A stretch of 59,467 nucleotides of DNA, the filler included, from Jimgerdemannia flammicorona (lineage: Eukaryota), in NCBI GenBank assembly GCA_003990765.1. It is 2 parts of 2 records of this genome, joined end to end, with 100 filler letters (N's around TTAATTAATTAA, not from the genome) between each part and the next. Parts side by side here need not be neighbours in the genome. Positions count along the whole stretch, not along the records: positions 1 to 29,692 come from RBNJ01000476.1; positions 29,793 to 59,467 come from RBNJ01000477.1. One strand, 5' to 3'. The position numbers and the translations under genes were made by a program. The notes under the pieces were generated by a model. It had not been told where the DNA came from. It was given only the letters and a program-made list of their open reading frames with translations, and ran no database searches. Every line of letters starts with the position of its first letter. Within the stretch, counting starts at the first letter, position 1. Positions 27,772 through 40,900 of this stretch are shown here, piece by piece.

Positions 27772-29522
27772 GTGGATCCTCAAACCAGAGCCAGAGAAGC
27801 CCTTGCCATTAGGACCAGGTGGTATCAGGAAACCACAGATCTAAGGACCCACCAGCTTATAATTGACCAGGCTTACAAGGATCTTTACCAGGCCTTTAGG
27901 ACATACCACCCAGGACTTAGGAATATTGTTAGCCACTGTAGGTTCTACAAACTCCTCCAAGGACACATTGGAACCACTAGGACCCCAGAATCTACTGCTG
28001 CAGCCACCCAGGATTTTTTAGATTATATTACACCCCCTGCTGTAAGAGAAGCAGCTGCTGAGTGGATTGCCTCTGACAGGTATCATCATACTCCAACCAA
28101 GACCTCCCTCTACTACAGGCTAGTTGTATACTACACCTCTGCCATAACTAGGTACGAGAACGAGCAAGCAGGCCACCCATCCCCTACTGCTGAATAAGGA
28201 GCAGGTCCATCTACCCAGCCAGAGACTGATATCCTCTTTGAAGGACCTAGTCAGTATGAGGATGCACTATCTCATCAGAGAAGGGAGTCAGATGAAGACT
28301 CTACAGGTTACCAGTCTGACAATAGCCAATGAGGAACAGCAGGCCTAGGAATTTACTAAGGAACTATAGGTCAAGAAGATCAGACCCCAGAACTAACCCA
28401 GCCACCTATATAGAGGTTTGGTTTATCCTCTCTCACAGGACTCTTTGACTTAATATCTGGGAACCAAGTAACTCCAAGTCATATAGCACCACAACTCCAC
28501 CAAGCAGAACAATCTTCAGGAGAATCTACCCCAACAGGCCCACTACCAATAGTCAGCACAATGGTAGATGTCAACATTGCAGCACTGACCACCCAGCTAG
28601 CAGCACTAGCAGGGATAGTAGGACAGATTGCTGAACAGAACAAACCAACCAAGACTTTGTAAATCCCAACATTCAGTGGAAAAAACAGTGACATTGAAAA
28701 CTTCATCAATGCAGTTGACACAGGCTACCAAGCAAACCAATGGAATGACAACTGAGTACCTATAGGAATGCTCACCAACAACCAGAACAGCACCCTTCAA
28801 CAGCTATTTGCTACATCAGCAGCACAAGTAGAAACAGTAGCCACATTTTTCACTAGAACAGCAGCCAAATTCTGGCGAACCTTGGAACAACACCCAGTAA
28901 CCTAGGAAGCCTGCCCTCAAGTCAATGGACAAGCACCTGGCAACAATAGACCAGGTTGGGATGACTACGAAGCAGGTCCAGGACTCAAGGCCTTACTACT
29001 GACCAAATTCCAAAATGCGGCCTACATACAAGAAACATGGAACAAACTATCCCAGATGAAGTTCCACAAGAACGGTGAAGAGGATCTAGAGACCTTTGCT
29101 ACCAGAATGGATGCCTATCTCAAAACTGTTAGACTTACCTATTAGAAAAACAATTTGGCCATCAATGGTACTAGAGCCAACCATCTCTTTGCAGCCCTAT
29201 CAGACTGGCTCACCCAGAAGATCAAGAAATAAGGTCTTCCCTAAGGATGTCCCCACTACTCATGGTGCCTTGCCCAAGTACAAAGAAGAGCCTGTGAAAT
29301 CCTTGCTGCACAAGCTCCACGAAATCAAGAACACAAGAAGGATAACCAAGATAGAAGAAATCCTACCAGGAGAAATAATCAAAGGAATGACCAAAGATAT
29401 GATCAAAGATATGATCAAAGGAACTAGCAAAACTCCAGAGGACCCAGACCCCCCACTGAGGATGAGAAGAAGCAGCTCCATGAAAAAGGATTGTGCTTTA
29501 TCTGCAAGAAGGCAGGACACAT

Positions 29523-29525
<3 letters not shown>
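27772..29525 (+). pseudogene. gag: Gag region of LTR retrotransposon 2, interrupted inside its zinc knuckle
   Basis: Capsid-like PTFSGKNSDIENFINAVDTGYQANQWND (~28665-28750); CFICKKAGHIS (29494-29525) broken by poly-T of an antisense LINE. Confidence 0.75.
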
Positions 29526-29562
<37 letters not shown>

Positions 29563-30080
29563 GGACTCAAGACCCGCGGATCTTATTGGAAGGGAACCTA
29601 GACTATATAGGCCAAAACCCTCCCCCACCACCCACCGAACAATATCCCCCCATTAACCTAGGCTACGAATTTGTCTTGTTTTTTTTTTTTTTNNNNNNNN
29701 NNNNNNNNNNNNNNNNNNNNNNNNNNNNNNNNNNNNTTAATTAATTAANNNNNNNNNNNNNNNNNNNNNNNNNNNNNNNNNNNNNNNNNNNNTTCCCCAT
29801 CCTGACCCTGTCGGCAAAGGTCGCCCTCCCCCCACCTCTCTGCCTCAGTCCACCTCTCCCTCCACCTCCAGCGCCACCGCCCACCACAGATGGCCCCGGC
29901 ATCCCCAAACCATCTCCTCATTTCCTCCCAACCTGCTGCCAGTCGAAGGCACGGCTGCCCCCCTGGCCGGCCTGCCCACCAGTTTGCTCGTTGCTCGCCA
30001 TGTTGATAGTAGCTTTTCACCAAAAACTTCGCAGAAAGTGTTGTCCAAATCTTGTGTCACCTGAATGTTACCGGTGAAAG
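29526..30080 (-). mobile_element. Young LINE ends flanking the scaffold gap (3' tail 29526-29692; 5' end and ORF1 start 29793-30080)
   Basis: Poly-T 29526-29559 plus 3'UTR-like sequence; after the gap a CpG-intact ORF1 start and the 5' signature accggtaacattcaggtgacac. Confidence 0.7.
29693..29792. other. Assembly gap with artificial six-frame stop linker
   Basis: 44 N + TTAATTAATTAA (29737-29748) + 44 N. Confidence 0.95.
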
Positions 30081-31075
30081 GTGTCTTCCCCATGTTCTCC
30101 TTTTCAGCCAGCCTCACCTGGATATTGACATCACTAGTCTGGAGCTCCATACCCTCCCAGACCTTAAACCTGACATCCATGATCTCTCCATACTTCTTGA
30201 CCACCTCCACAATCAACTCCCTAGCCCTCTCCTTTGATACTATAGGAAGATTCAACATCATCAACTGCACCACTCAGGGGTCCCAGTATATGCATCTGGC
30301 TATAGGGACCACAACCCTGCCCACTGTCACCCCCTTCTCCATGGCAGCCAGCAATGTTTCTTCTTCCTTAAACCCCATCTTGACCCCTTCTTTCCCCTTC
30401 AAAAACTTTACCAACACTGCCCCTTTCGCCTCCTGTGCCACCAGCCCCAAGATCATCCTTGCAGTCACCACCAAGCCCCTGAAACACATTGTGACCATGA
30501 ATTCTGACCTCGATTTCTTGAGTAACAGTGCTAACACCATGCCCATCACCCCATCTACCAGGTCCCTGGGCCTTGTGCCCACCCCTGTCCCAAATTAGCA
30601 ACCACCATCACATCTGGATTTTTTTTTCAGATTCCCAGTTACAACCCCATCAACAGTCACATATCCAGTCCCTACTCCCCCTCCTCCCCTACCACTGGAC
30701 ACTCCTCTGGGCACTTCTCCCTGTCTCTCAACAGCAGCTATTGATGCCTTCCCCAGGCCCAGCCAACTATCCAGACCAGAGACCATTCTCTCCATCTTGA
30801 CCTTGTCAGCAAAGGTCAACCTCTCCCCTCCTCACTGTCTCAGGCTGTCCCTCCCTCTACCACCAGAGCCTTGGCCAGCCATTGAGGCCCCTGATATCTC
30901 CAAACCATCTCCCCTCCTCTCCACTTGCTGCCAGCCAAAGGTACTACCTCCCTCCTGGCCAGTATGCTCACCAGTTCAATTGTTGCTGTCCATATCAATA
31001 GTCATCTATTACCAAAAATGTTATAGAAAGTGTTATCTGAGTCTTGTGTCACCTGAATGTTACCAGTAAAAGATC
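30081..31075 (-). mobile_element. LINE copy F, 5' end and ORF1 N-terminal half
   Basis: LLKKSRSEFMVTMCFRGL..KFLKG..WDP..YGEIMDVRFKVWEG, homologous to ORF1 of copies A and D; 5' signature at ~31043-31075. Confidence 0.85.
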
Positions 31076-34000
31076 GTGCTGGCACTTATTGCTAAGCAAG
31101 TGGCTGGAGCAGTATTGGTAAAGTTTCTGAAGGGATTGGAGGGAGTGAAGGTGGGCTTTAAGGAGGCTGAGCCTTTAGAGGAGGTGCTGAAGGTTAGTTT
31201 GACTGTAGGGGAGGTGAGTGTCCCAATGGTGCACTGTCTGAGATAGGATCTCAGGGTAGTACAACTGCTGGTGAAAGGAGTACCCACAGTGATAGTGGTG
31301 GAGATGAGAAGAAGAGTTGAGGAGGTCATGGCAGAGTATGGTGAGGTGGTGGACATCAGCTTTAGGGTCTGGGAAGGGACCTCACTCAGGAATAGAGACA
31401 TTGATGTGTGGATTTGGTTGGCTGAGAAGGAAGCTACCAGGAAGGCAAGGGACTGACCTTCAGTAATAGTCTAGGAGGCAATCTTGTGCAAGGTAATGAG
31501 GGTGAAGAGGAGTGAGGAGGAGGAAGAGGATTTGTTGGAAGCATTGGAAGAGCTGAGTGGGGCAGTGGAGTAGTGGGCAAAGGCTTGGAAGGCTTTTGTG
31601 GAATTGATACACTTGGAGGTAGTGGATGGGAAGCAGATTAGAGTGGATAAGGGGCAGTGAAAAAGAGCTCAGGGATGTAAGTATCAGAAGAAGCTGTTGG
31701 CAAAGCTAGAAGATAGACCTTGGAAGGATGTGGGTGGAATGGTGGAGGCTGGGGGTGCCAAAGTGAGTGTCTGGGTCAATGAGAATGGTGGGAGTATAAG
31801 AAAGGTGGCAGAGAAGGACAGGAAAGTGACTGACAATGATCTATATGCTGATGGTATGTTTGAGGTCTGAGAAGAGGGCTGAGAGAGATTGCCTACCCCT
31901 ATTCCTCTTATTAGGCAAGGTCCAACTTTCTAAAGTAAGGTGGTAGAGGATGTGCTGATGAGAGGGGCCCAGCAAGTGCAGTTTGGAGTTCCTGAGGTAG
32001 TGAAGGGGAGACAAGTGGTAGCAGTTAGAGAGGAGGAACTGGTGGATGTCCTGGAGGTGTGGGATGAGTCTGTGAGTGCCAGAGCTGACACCATGATGTT
32101 AGATGGAGGGAGACCAGTGACTCCTAGGGAGAAGGAGGTAGGGAACCTGCTTTGGATGTACCAGATGATGAATAACCTGGCAGCTGAAGAGTTGGGAGAG
32201 GTAGACTTGAGAGTAATGAGCAATAAGCATTGGGTGCAGATCCTACAAGGGGATGGTGTGGAGTTAGCATTGAAGGTGGAGATCCTTGCAGTATATCTAG
32301 AGGAGAAAGAGTATGAGGTGGATAAGGAGTGGGAGGCAGAGCTGGCAGGGGTTACTGGTGAGAGGGCTAAATACTGCTGAGACAAGCATCATAGATTGCA
32401 GCTCTGATAGAAGACCTGCCTGGAGTACCAAGAGGAGTTTGAGGAGAAGGCAGATGGGGAGATGAATGAGCTATTGGCTGGACTAGAGGCTCAGAGGGCT
32501 GAAGAGGAGGAGATGACTGCAGAACATAATCTGGACTTGGTGCAGAAAGAGATAAACATGGAGCAGTAGAGATAGACTGGATAATATACTATATTTCATT
32601 ATAAATAGTACAACTAATATTTTCTTTTTAAATGTGAATGGGTTATGGGATGCTTCTCAACATAGGAACATTTTTACTTGGCTGAAGGAATTGGAGGCTG
32701 ATCTTTTCCTCTTGCAGGATGTCAGGTGTGAGAATGATTTGAATAGGCTAGAATAGATGAAGGAATGGAGAGATATGGCAGTTTGGAAGGGCAAGGTTGG
32801 GATTCTGGTCTGAAAGGGCCAAGGGGAGATATAGGATATAAGGAGCTGGGGGGATAGATTGGTCTGAGGAGAGTGGAAATGTATAGGTTGAGAGCCAGTT
32901 ACCATGAGCTCCTACTACTGTCCTGCTATACAGAGTGAGCATATGGATTGGGTGAAGGGTCTCCAGAAGAGTGAGGTCCTTATAGAGGCTGGGGTAGATG
33001 TGCTTGGTGGAGACTTCAATATGGTCTTAGATGTACTGGTAGATAGAACAGATGGTAGAAGGGGAGCTGAGAGTAGGAGTGGAGGGTTAGTGGTATGGAA
33101 GGATGTGGAAAGGCTAAGTGCTCTGATAGATACTGGTAAGGAGTACTAGGGAGATCAGAAGGTATACATATATTGGGTGGGGGGTCTGGGGATGAGGATC
33201 GACTAGATATTGACAGCTAACTACTGGAGATTAGATGTTTGGAAGTCACTGGAAGTGGAATAGTGCCCTTGGTCAGATCATTGGGGGCTGTTAGGGCAGA
33301 GATGTTTTGGGGGGAGTGGGGATGGGCCTGGACATTGGTGCCTCAATTCCTTGTTATTAGATGATAGGATCTAGTAGAATGTATAGGTAGAAGACATTCA
33401 ACTGAGGGTGGAGAGCTGGAGGCAGGAAGGTGCTCCAGTTGGTGTTCAGTGGATGAGGATGAAAGCAATGGCCAGGGTTTACTGGAGTGAGGCTGGCAGA
33501 GAGGCTGGGAAGCAGAGGAGGTGATAGGTGAGATGGACTTCAATTAGACTGATCAGACTCTTAGAGGATTGGGCAGGGCTAGCAATGGAGGTAGAGGAGA
33601 GAGAGGATTGGAGATTGATAAGAGTAAAAATGGAGGTTGGAGAATTACAACAGATGCTGAGAGTTGAGGAGGAGATAACAGTGTAGGGCTTAGCAGCACA
33701 GCTTTGTTGGCAGGGGTTGGAGAAAGGAGAGAGGCCCTCTAAATATCTCATGAGAGTCCTTCAGGTGAGAAGGGTACAGCAAAGGTGGGAGGGAGTAGTT
33801 GACTCTGATGGGATATAGGTGCATGGTATACAAGACATTCTTGGTTCACTAAAGAAGTGATGGAGTGGATTGTGGAGTGAGAAGGAGGGTGGAGCAGATG
33901 CTGCTGCCATTGACCAGACATTGGAGAATTGGTACTCTCCTCAAGCAGATAGGCTGGGTGACTTAATGTTGCCAGTACAAGAAGAAGAGATCCACCAGGT

Positions 34001-36320
34001 TCTTGCTACAACAATCCTGAGCATGATACCTGGGGAGGATGGTCTGCTCTGGGACTTCTGGAAGAAGATGGTGGAAGTTCTGGGAGTTCTGGATGAGATG
34101 ACAGTATTGTGTGACTTTATATTACAGACAGGGAGATGGGTGGGGGAACAGGATCTGGGGCTGGTAATACTGCTTTACAAGAACAAAGGAAGGTGAGAGG
34201 ACTGGAAGAACTGGTGGCCAATTATGCTACTGGATATGGACAGAAAGTTAGTAACTAAGGTGGTGGTTGCAAGGCTACAGAAGGTGGCCTAGTAAGTCCT
34301 GGGTATTGAGCAGAGGAGTTTTGTAGGTGGCTGGCTTATTAGGGATGGTACAGCTTGGGTGCATGGAGTTATTGAAGGGGTATGAGTCTGTGGACTAGAT
34401 GGGTGATTGGTCTTCTTGGACCAAGAGAAGGCTTATGATCAGGTATAGTGAGTCTGGCTGGTAAAAGTATTAGATTGGATTGGAGTACTACAACAGTTCC
34501 AGTCAGCAATAATCAGCTTACTGGAAAGGAGTAGGGCTGCACTCATATATAATAGACATAGAGGGGTATCATTTCCCTTAGGTAGAGGAGTGCCCCAGGG
34601 GGACCCACTGTCCCCCATTCTATATGCTCTTTCTCTAGAGCCTCTAATGGACAGAATCAGGTAGAAGATAGTAGAGCTTTCTATTTTTGGAATTGGGTGG
34701 AAAGTTGGAGCCTTTGCAGATAATATAGTGGTCAGCCTAGAATCTATTGCAGATATTGAGGAGCTTAAGAAGATAGTGGAGTGGTATGAGGAGAACTCTG
34801 GAGCTAAACTCAATTGACACAAGTATAAAACAATGATGTTGGGCAATGACCTAGTGGGAGGAGATGTTATCAGAACAATTGTCTCTACTGGAAAAGTAGT
34901 ACAGTACTTGGGTATCTATTTGTCAGTATATGGATTGGTACTATCTAGACTCTGGTGAGAGCAGAGGGTTAGAATCTGGAGAGAGACCCTGTAGAGCTGG
35001 GGGGGTTGCCATTTATCTCTAGTGGGGCATGTCTCAATTTTGAATGTCTATTGGCTGCCAAAGTTGTAGTATCTGGCTTATTATCTGGACTTCTCAGCCT
35101 GAGTAGTGAAACAATTGTTGAAGCTGGCCAAGGGGTAGATCTGGGCTAGAAGAAGGAGTCAGATCAGTTGGGAGGTCTTATCCTTACTAGTGGCAAGAGA
35201 AGGACTTGGGCTGGTTGACTTTCCAAAGCAGCTACACTGCTTGAGAGCATAGTGGTTGAAGAGAGCAGTGGAATTGAGAGGGAGCAGCTAAGTTCCCCTA
35301 TTACAGAAGGTCTGAGAGATGAGAGCCTCACCAAGAGACTCAATGGGTGATCTCCTCTCATTGGTTGGGCTTCAGAAAACTACACAATTGCAATATAAAG
35401 GCTTCTGGTAGAGAATAGCCAAGGGGGTACACCATATTGAAATTTGTTGGCAGAGTAATGAAGGAGAGATAGCTTGGGACCCAGTGATGTGGAGATGGAA
35501 CTGAGTATTGCTGGAAGGCATTCCCTTAGTCAAGTTTGACATTAGTAATGGGATAGACTGTCAAAGGGGACAGGGCCAGGATCTGTAGCCTAGCAGATAG
35601 TAGAGAGTTAGTATCAGAGAAAAATGGGACTGATATAGTATATGGGCCTAGAGTGCTGAGGTGAGGAGATGGATACTGCCAAAGTACTGAGCAGTCTGAT
35701 GGCACATACTGAGAAGGAATATAATGCTTAACTTTCACTTCTGACATCTTATCAAGGGGAGTTACTTTGACTATAAGGAGTGTCACAATGTAGGGTAGGA
35801 GGGAGAATATATATAGATATCTGAACATTGGCTAGGAGAGTGTGAGGTACTTAATAACTTCTGGTGGACTGTTAGGGACTGCTTGGGGGTAGTGTATCAA
35901 AGAGACAGCACACAGGGTCAGTGGGAGGATTTGAGAGATAGACTAGTGGGGGGAGTGGGAAAGAAGTGGCTTACCTTAGGCTAGATTTTGGTGATTTGGG
36001 TGGGGCTGGCCAGTCATTGGCTATTTGTTTTTGAAGATGAGAGGAGACTTAGCTTGGGGGACTGATTGTTGTGTTGGCATGGCCTTATGGAAGACACCTT
36101 GACAGGCTGGTGGCTTAGTTGGGGGCTGCAGGATGATCAAAGGCATCACTTAGTAGAGAGAGTCTATAGGTAGAGTAGGGGGAGGGTGGGAGTAGTGGAT
36201 GAGAAGGTGGCCTTTATTTGTAATAATATGGAGAGAGGCTCCTCTATGGGAATTGGGTAAGGAGAGAAGATACTGTATACTTATTAATAGATTGGTAATA
36301 AATGGCAGAGTCTAAGTAAC

Positions 36321-36372
<52 letters not shown>
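31076..36372 (+). mobile_element. LINE copy G (partial ORF1 + decayed ORF2 + poly-A)
   Basis: ORF1 to ~32570; APE (LNVNGL, GGDFN, SDH); RT (PGEDGL, LDQEKAYD, GVPQGDPLSP, AFADN); poly-A 36324-36372; 3' end nearly identical to copy D. Confidence 0.92.
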
Positions 36373-36374
<2 letters not shown>

Positions 36375-36658
36375 GACTCAAAAATGGAGAAGACTACCAC
36401 TCTTAGTAATAGTATTTATTGATAAATATCTATAATATAATATCTTCTTATTTAATATATATATCTTCAGAATCAGAAAAGTGAGCAAAGAGACACTCTG
36501 CTGAATTAAAAGCTAAACCTTTAAGAGTAATCCCAAGTTCTTCAATATCTGATTTTAAAGAAAAAGGTAAAAGAATTCTCTATAGATGAAATACCATAAG
36601 AATAGAGAGAACTCAACTCAAAGGATCAAGATACTAAAGGAGTAGTAAGCCTTATGAC

Positions 36659-37261
36659 TAGTGCTCCGAACGAGTCAATCCAGATGGGATTCAGATGGAT
36701 TCGAATCCCATCCAGATCAACTCGGATTGGATTCGAATCCCATCCAGATGGATTCAAATCAACCATTGTTTTGATTTCCAAATTGGACAATTAAATGTTT
36801 ACATCAATAACTCAATGAATAATCATCTAAATTTGATGATCTTAGTGTCATTTGAAAGCCCTTAATAAGGCCTTTCTAATGATATCAAGAACATTAAAAT
36901 TGGATTACGCGTTGCCGAGATATTAAGGAAAACGTTCTATTTGACGAAATTTCCAAAATCAGCAAATCGAAGAATTTCCAAAATCGGCGATTCAGACGGG
37001 TTCCTTCATAACTCAGCAACGCATGATCGGATTTTAATGTTCTTGGTATCATTAGATAGGCCTTATTAAGGGCTTTCAAATGACACCAAGATCATCAATA
37101 TTGGATGATTATTCATTGAGTTATTGATGTAAACATTTAATTATCTAATTTGGAAATCAAAACAATGGTTGATTCGAATCCCATCCAAGTTGATTCAGAT
37201 GGGATTCAATCTGAATCAATCCGAATCCAATCCGGATTAAATTGACTCGTTAGGAGCACTA
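36659..37261. mobile_element. Non-autonomous hAT-type DNA transposon (MITE), 603 bp, almost fully palindromic
   Basis: TIRs TAGTGCTCCgAACGAGTCAAT / ATTGACTCGTTaGGAGCACTA; 8-bp TSD CTTATGAC (36651-36658, 37262-37269); subterminal GGATTCGAATCC-like repeats; internal arms ~36760-36930 and ~37005-37180. Confidence 0.9.
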
Positions 37262-37909
37262 CTTATGACTCTGCACTATTCTGAGTTTGTAAATTGGATT
37301 CTAGTCTGACCAATGAGCAAGTTCTCAAGAATATATCAGAAATGAGAACAGGGGGAACAGTTATTGTTTTCAACCAAGATGAGTGGGATCCCCAGGATAG
37401 CAGCATGGGGGTGGACATGAGTTAAGGGTGATTGAGAAGAGTGGAGGCTTGATGGAGAGTGGACATAGTAGGTGGCAGCAGAAAAGCTTTTAGGTCTATG
37501 CAAGTTTCAAAGTTAGTTTTTAAAAGAAATAGATTAAAGTAATAATACTATAATTGAGTTTTGTTTTTTACAAAGAGTGGGAGAGAATATATTGGCCTTC
37601 ACAGGCAGATTACCCAAATCAAAAATATCTATCATGTATATCACAATTCTGTTCTATATCTTGTGATTGTATTTTTGTTGCTGATTATCAATGACTAGAC
37701 ATTAACAGATATGTCACTTTTTCTAGTTCTGGACAGTTATTCTCAAGTCAGTGATCTTGGAATTGGAGTAATGACCCTAATCTGATATCTGCTGATGCTA
37801 TGTAGATAAAAATAAAAAAAAGCCATTGTGCTGCTTCACGTAATTATATTATAGTAAAAATAAGCAACTTCTGAGATATTGTGACATCCTTCCACAATTG
37901 TGAATTATA

Positions 37910-40900
37910 TTATACAACAAGTAGAGAATAGAGGAATTGTTTAGAGCAATATATGATACTATTATGGTGGATATGAAGATTGGTAGTAAAAGGTCAAGCA
38001 GTAGAAAACAATAAGCTTATGTGAATTTTCATGATGGAACAAAGAAGCAGAATAAAGTATTTTCTAAATCAAGATACAATAGATCTGCAATCTGCCCTTG
38101 GCACTACAGTATATAGTAGTCTTTATTCAAAATTGAGAATAAAGTTCAGATAAATAAAGACATGGATCTAACTCTAGAATTTCAGAATCAGAATAGTGCA
38201 TAAGTACTCAAGCCTTGCTCTGATCCAAACAATAGTCCGGATCAGGCTTCATTGATCTATACACATGATGGGCTATTAAAAACCTGATATAGAAATGATT
38301 AAGAAAAGATACCAGTCATGTAATCTAATGTTATACATATATAAAACAAATGCTAAAAATGGAACTAAACTAATGACTATCACATGTCATCACATAATTG
38401 TCACTTATAGATTTAAAAACCTAAAAATCATTGACACCCGAAGGTGCAGATATCAGACCTAGAGCCTCATGACTGGAGCAGAGTAGAGTCTTGGTACTGG
38501 AGTAAGTGAAGTGAGCAAAGGTAGACAGGTATCACAGAGCATAAGTATGCAGGCATCAGGCCTAAAGCCTCATGCTGAAGGTTGTCCAGTGATTTTTCAC
38601 ATTTTTAAACATCATATGGCATGTACAGGCAGTGTGGCCTTTAAGGAGAACTTAGAGCAAAACTGGTATTTGAGATGGCATTAAGAATGGTAAAACCATT
38701 CTTCTGGGTGATGATTAGTCATTGGGCAGTCACAGAGAAACCAAAACAGAGCAAAGTGGTACATAGAGTCTTGTTGGGCTATTGATGTAGCCATCAGGCC
38801 ATATTGTATTGGATGACAAGTAATGGGAGAGAAAAAGCAGAGTGGGGGATGGGGGGGTGGGAAATAAGAGGAGAGGTGAGAAGTAAAGTTCGGACCTCAA
38901 GCCAATCAATCAAACTCAATTGAGCAGTTATAATATCAATAGAGTATCCTTTCCTGTGAACCAGGAATTCAGCCAAAGACTGATACTCATCAAGCCAATC
39001 ATGGCAAGATAAGTAGAGTAACGAAAGGCAGTGGGCCTCATTTACAATGTATAGATGAAGCATCTTCCTAGGATGATTGCTCAACTAGTCAACAAACTGA
39101 GTACTATATGAGAATTTGGCAAAACAGCCTGTGCAGAATGGTGTGACTCAGATTTCTAGGTCCAAATAATGGCATGGTCCAGTGGACAAGACTTCCCATT
39201 TGATATGATGATATGAAGAGTACACAGTACTAAAAATTGAGACCAAGTCCATAATCGCAGGTATAAAGATAATAAGATCATCAATATACTGATAGAACTT
39301 TAGCCCAGCAGCAACAGCTTGGCTGAGCAGATGATTGGATGCTTGCAAGGCATGCAATTCATGAGCAAATCCAATAAGATTGATAAGATCCAGAGCACAG
39401 TTAGTGTCCATAGCTATACCAGTTACAAAGTGGAAGGAACTGATGGCAGATGTAAACGTCGTATGAGTCATGACTATGTAGACAAGGCTGAGAATGGCTT
39501 CAAGTAGCAAAGAGCCAGAGGGGAAGACCACTATTGACAAAAAAGTGAGGCAGTTAATGTACTCATCTAATGTGATCCTGGTATAGAAGGTAGCAAAATC
39601 CCCAGTAGCAATATAGTTGCAATCTGACACATCTAGGTAATCTGATTGAACCAATTGTAACAGTTCTAACATATTATATAGAGATGAGTAACATGAGTAA
39701 CCCACATTATAGTACAGATGGGCTGACCACAGGTGGAGAAAGTGAGATAGGAAATGCGAAATCTCAGTTATGAGAGAGTTAAAAGCATCAACGATAGAGT
39801 ACCATGCCATACATGCCCCTTTGTGTACCTTGAGCAGAACATGAAACATAGATAGCTTACAATCATTAGACTCTATAAGATATTCTCAAATTAGTATACA
39901 ACTTCAGTTGCTAATGCAGAACTCAAGTAGACCAAGCAGGTCTAGCCTTACTGATTCCTTAATATTATCAATTATAGAGAAATCATTCACATATGCAGGA
40001 TCATGAAGGAGGGACCAAAGACTGTCTAGATATAGAGTGTGCAAAATTATAGTAAACCCCAAATTTTTGTTGGTAAGATAGACTGTAAAGTCAGCATAAG
40101 TGTGGATATCTTTGAGAAGGTGACAGAACTTCTTCAGTACAAGCATGCTGGATACATTCATTATGGGTCAGACAGCTTGATTTAAAGTAGTACTCATATG
40201 GAGCATAATTTGCATATTTTCCATACAATGCAGCAGTTGCCATTTAGATAGCATCTAGGTGGAGATCTCCAGGGTGTTGTCAGGATTACCCATAGAGGTC
40301 TGGAAGGTGGTAAGGTTGAGATGTCATTGGAATGATGACAACAAAATCAGGTCAATGGTACTATTCATTGATGGTGATCCAGAGAGAACAAACTTAGGGC
40401 CAAAGTTCAGCATATATGTGAGCTCAGGGATAAGCCAAGGCAGAGGTATATCAGTAACAAAGCTCTTCATAGTAAACATCTGAAACCGAGTGATGAAAAA
40501 CTGACTTAAGCGAGAACCAGGAAGAGAAGACACAAAGACAAAATCCTCAATTAGTGTCAAGGTCACTATCATATGTAGAATGGGGACATCAGGGCCAAAC
40601 CATGCTGCTGGGAAGTCATATAAAACTTCCAGGCTGGGGACCTCTAGTTTTTTGATGCTAAAGGACAGACATCGCTGGCATTATACTAGATGACATGATG
40701 TTTGGTGGCAGTACACTTGTTGCACTGCAGTACAAATGCTCTGGCAACACTCTTAGATAAGCAGCTTGAAGTCAACAAGCAGCTGGTCCCAGTAGAAGTA
40801 GAAGAAATAGACAGGGAAGGTGAAGTCTTATGCACTTGCTTGATCTCTTTTACAGAACCCACTGTTTCGACAGGGGCTAGGGGGCAAGGCATCTAGAACA

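Noticed and set aside
29737..29748. TTAATTAATTAA palindrome inside Ns
   Set aside because: Artificial six-frame stop spacer in a scaffold gap, not biological
37880..37920. Telomeric repeats or TSD at the PLE ends
   Set aside because: No TTAGGG-type array and no duplicated sequence shared with the right flank at 46887
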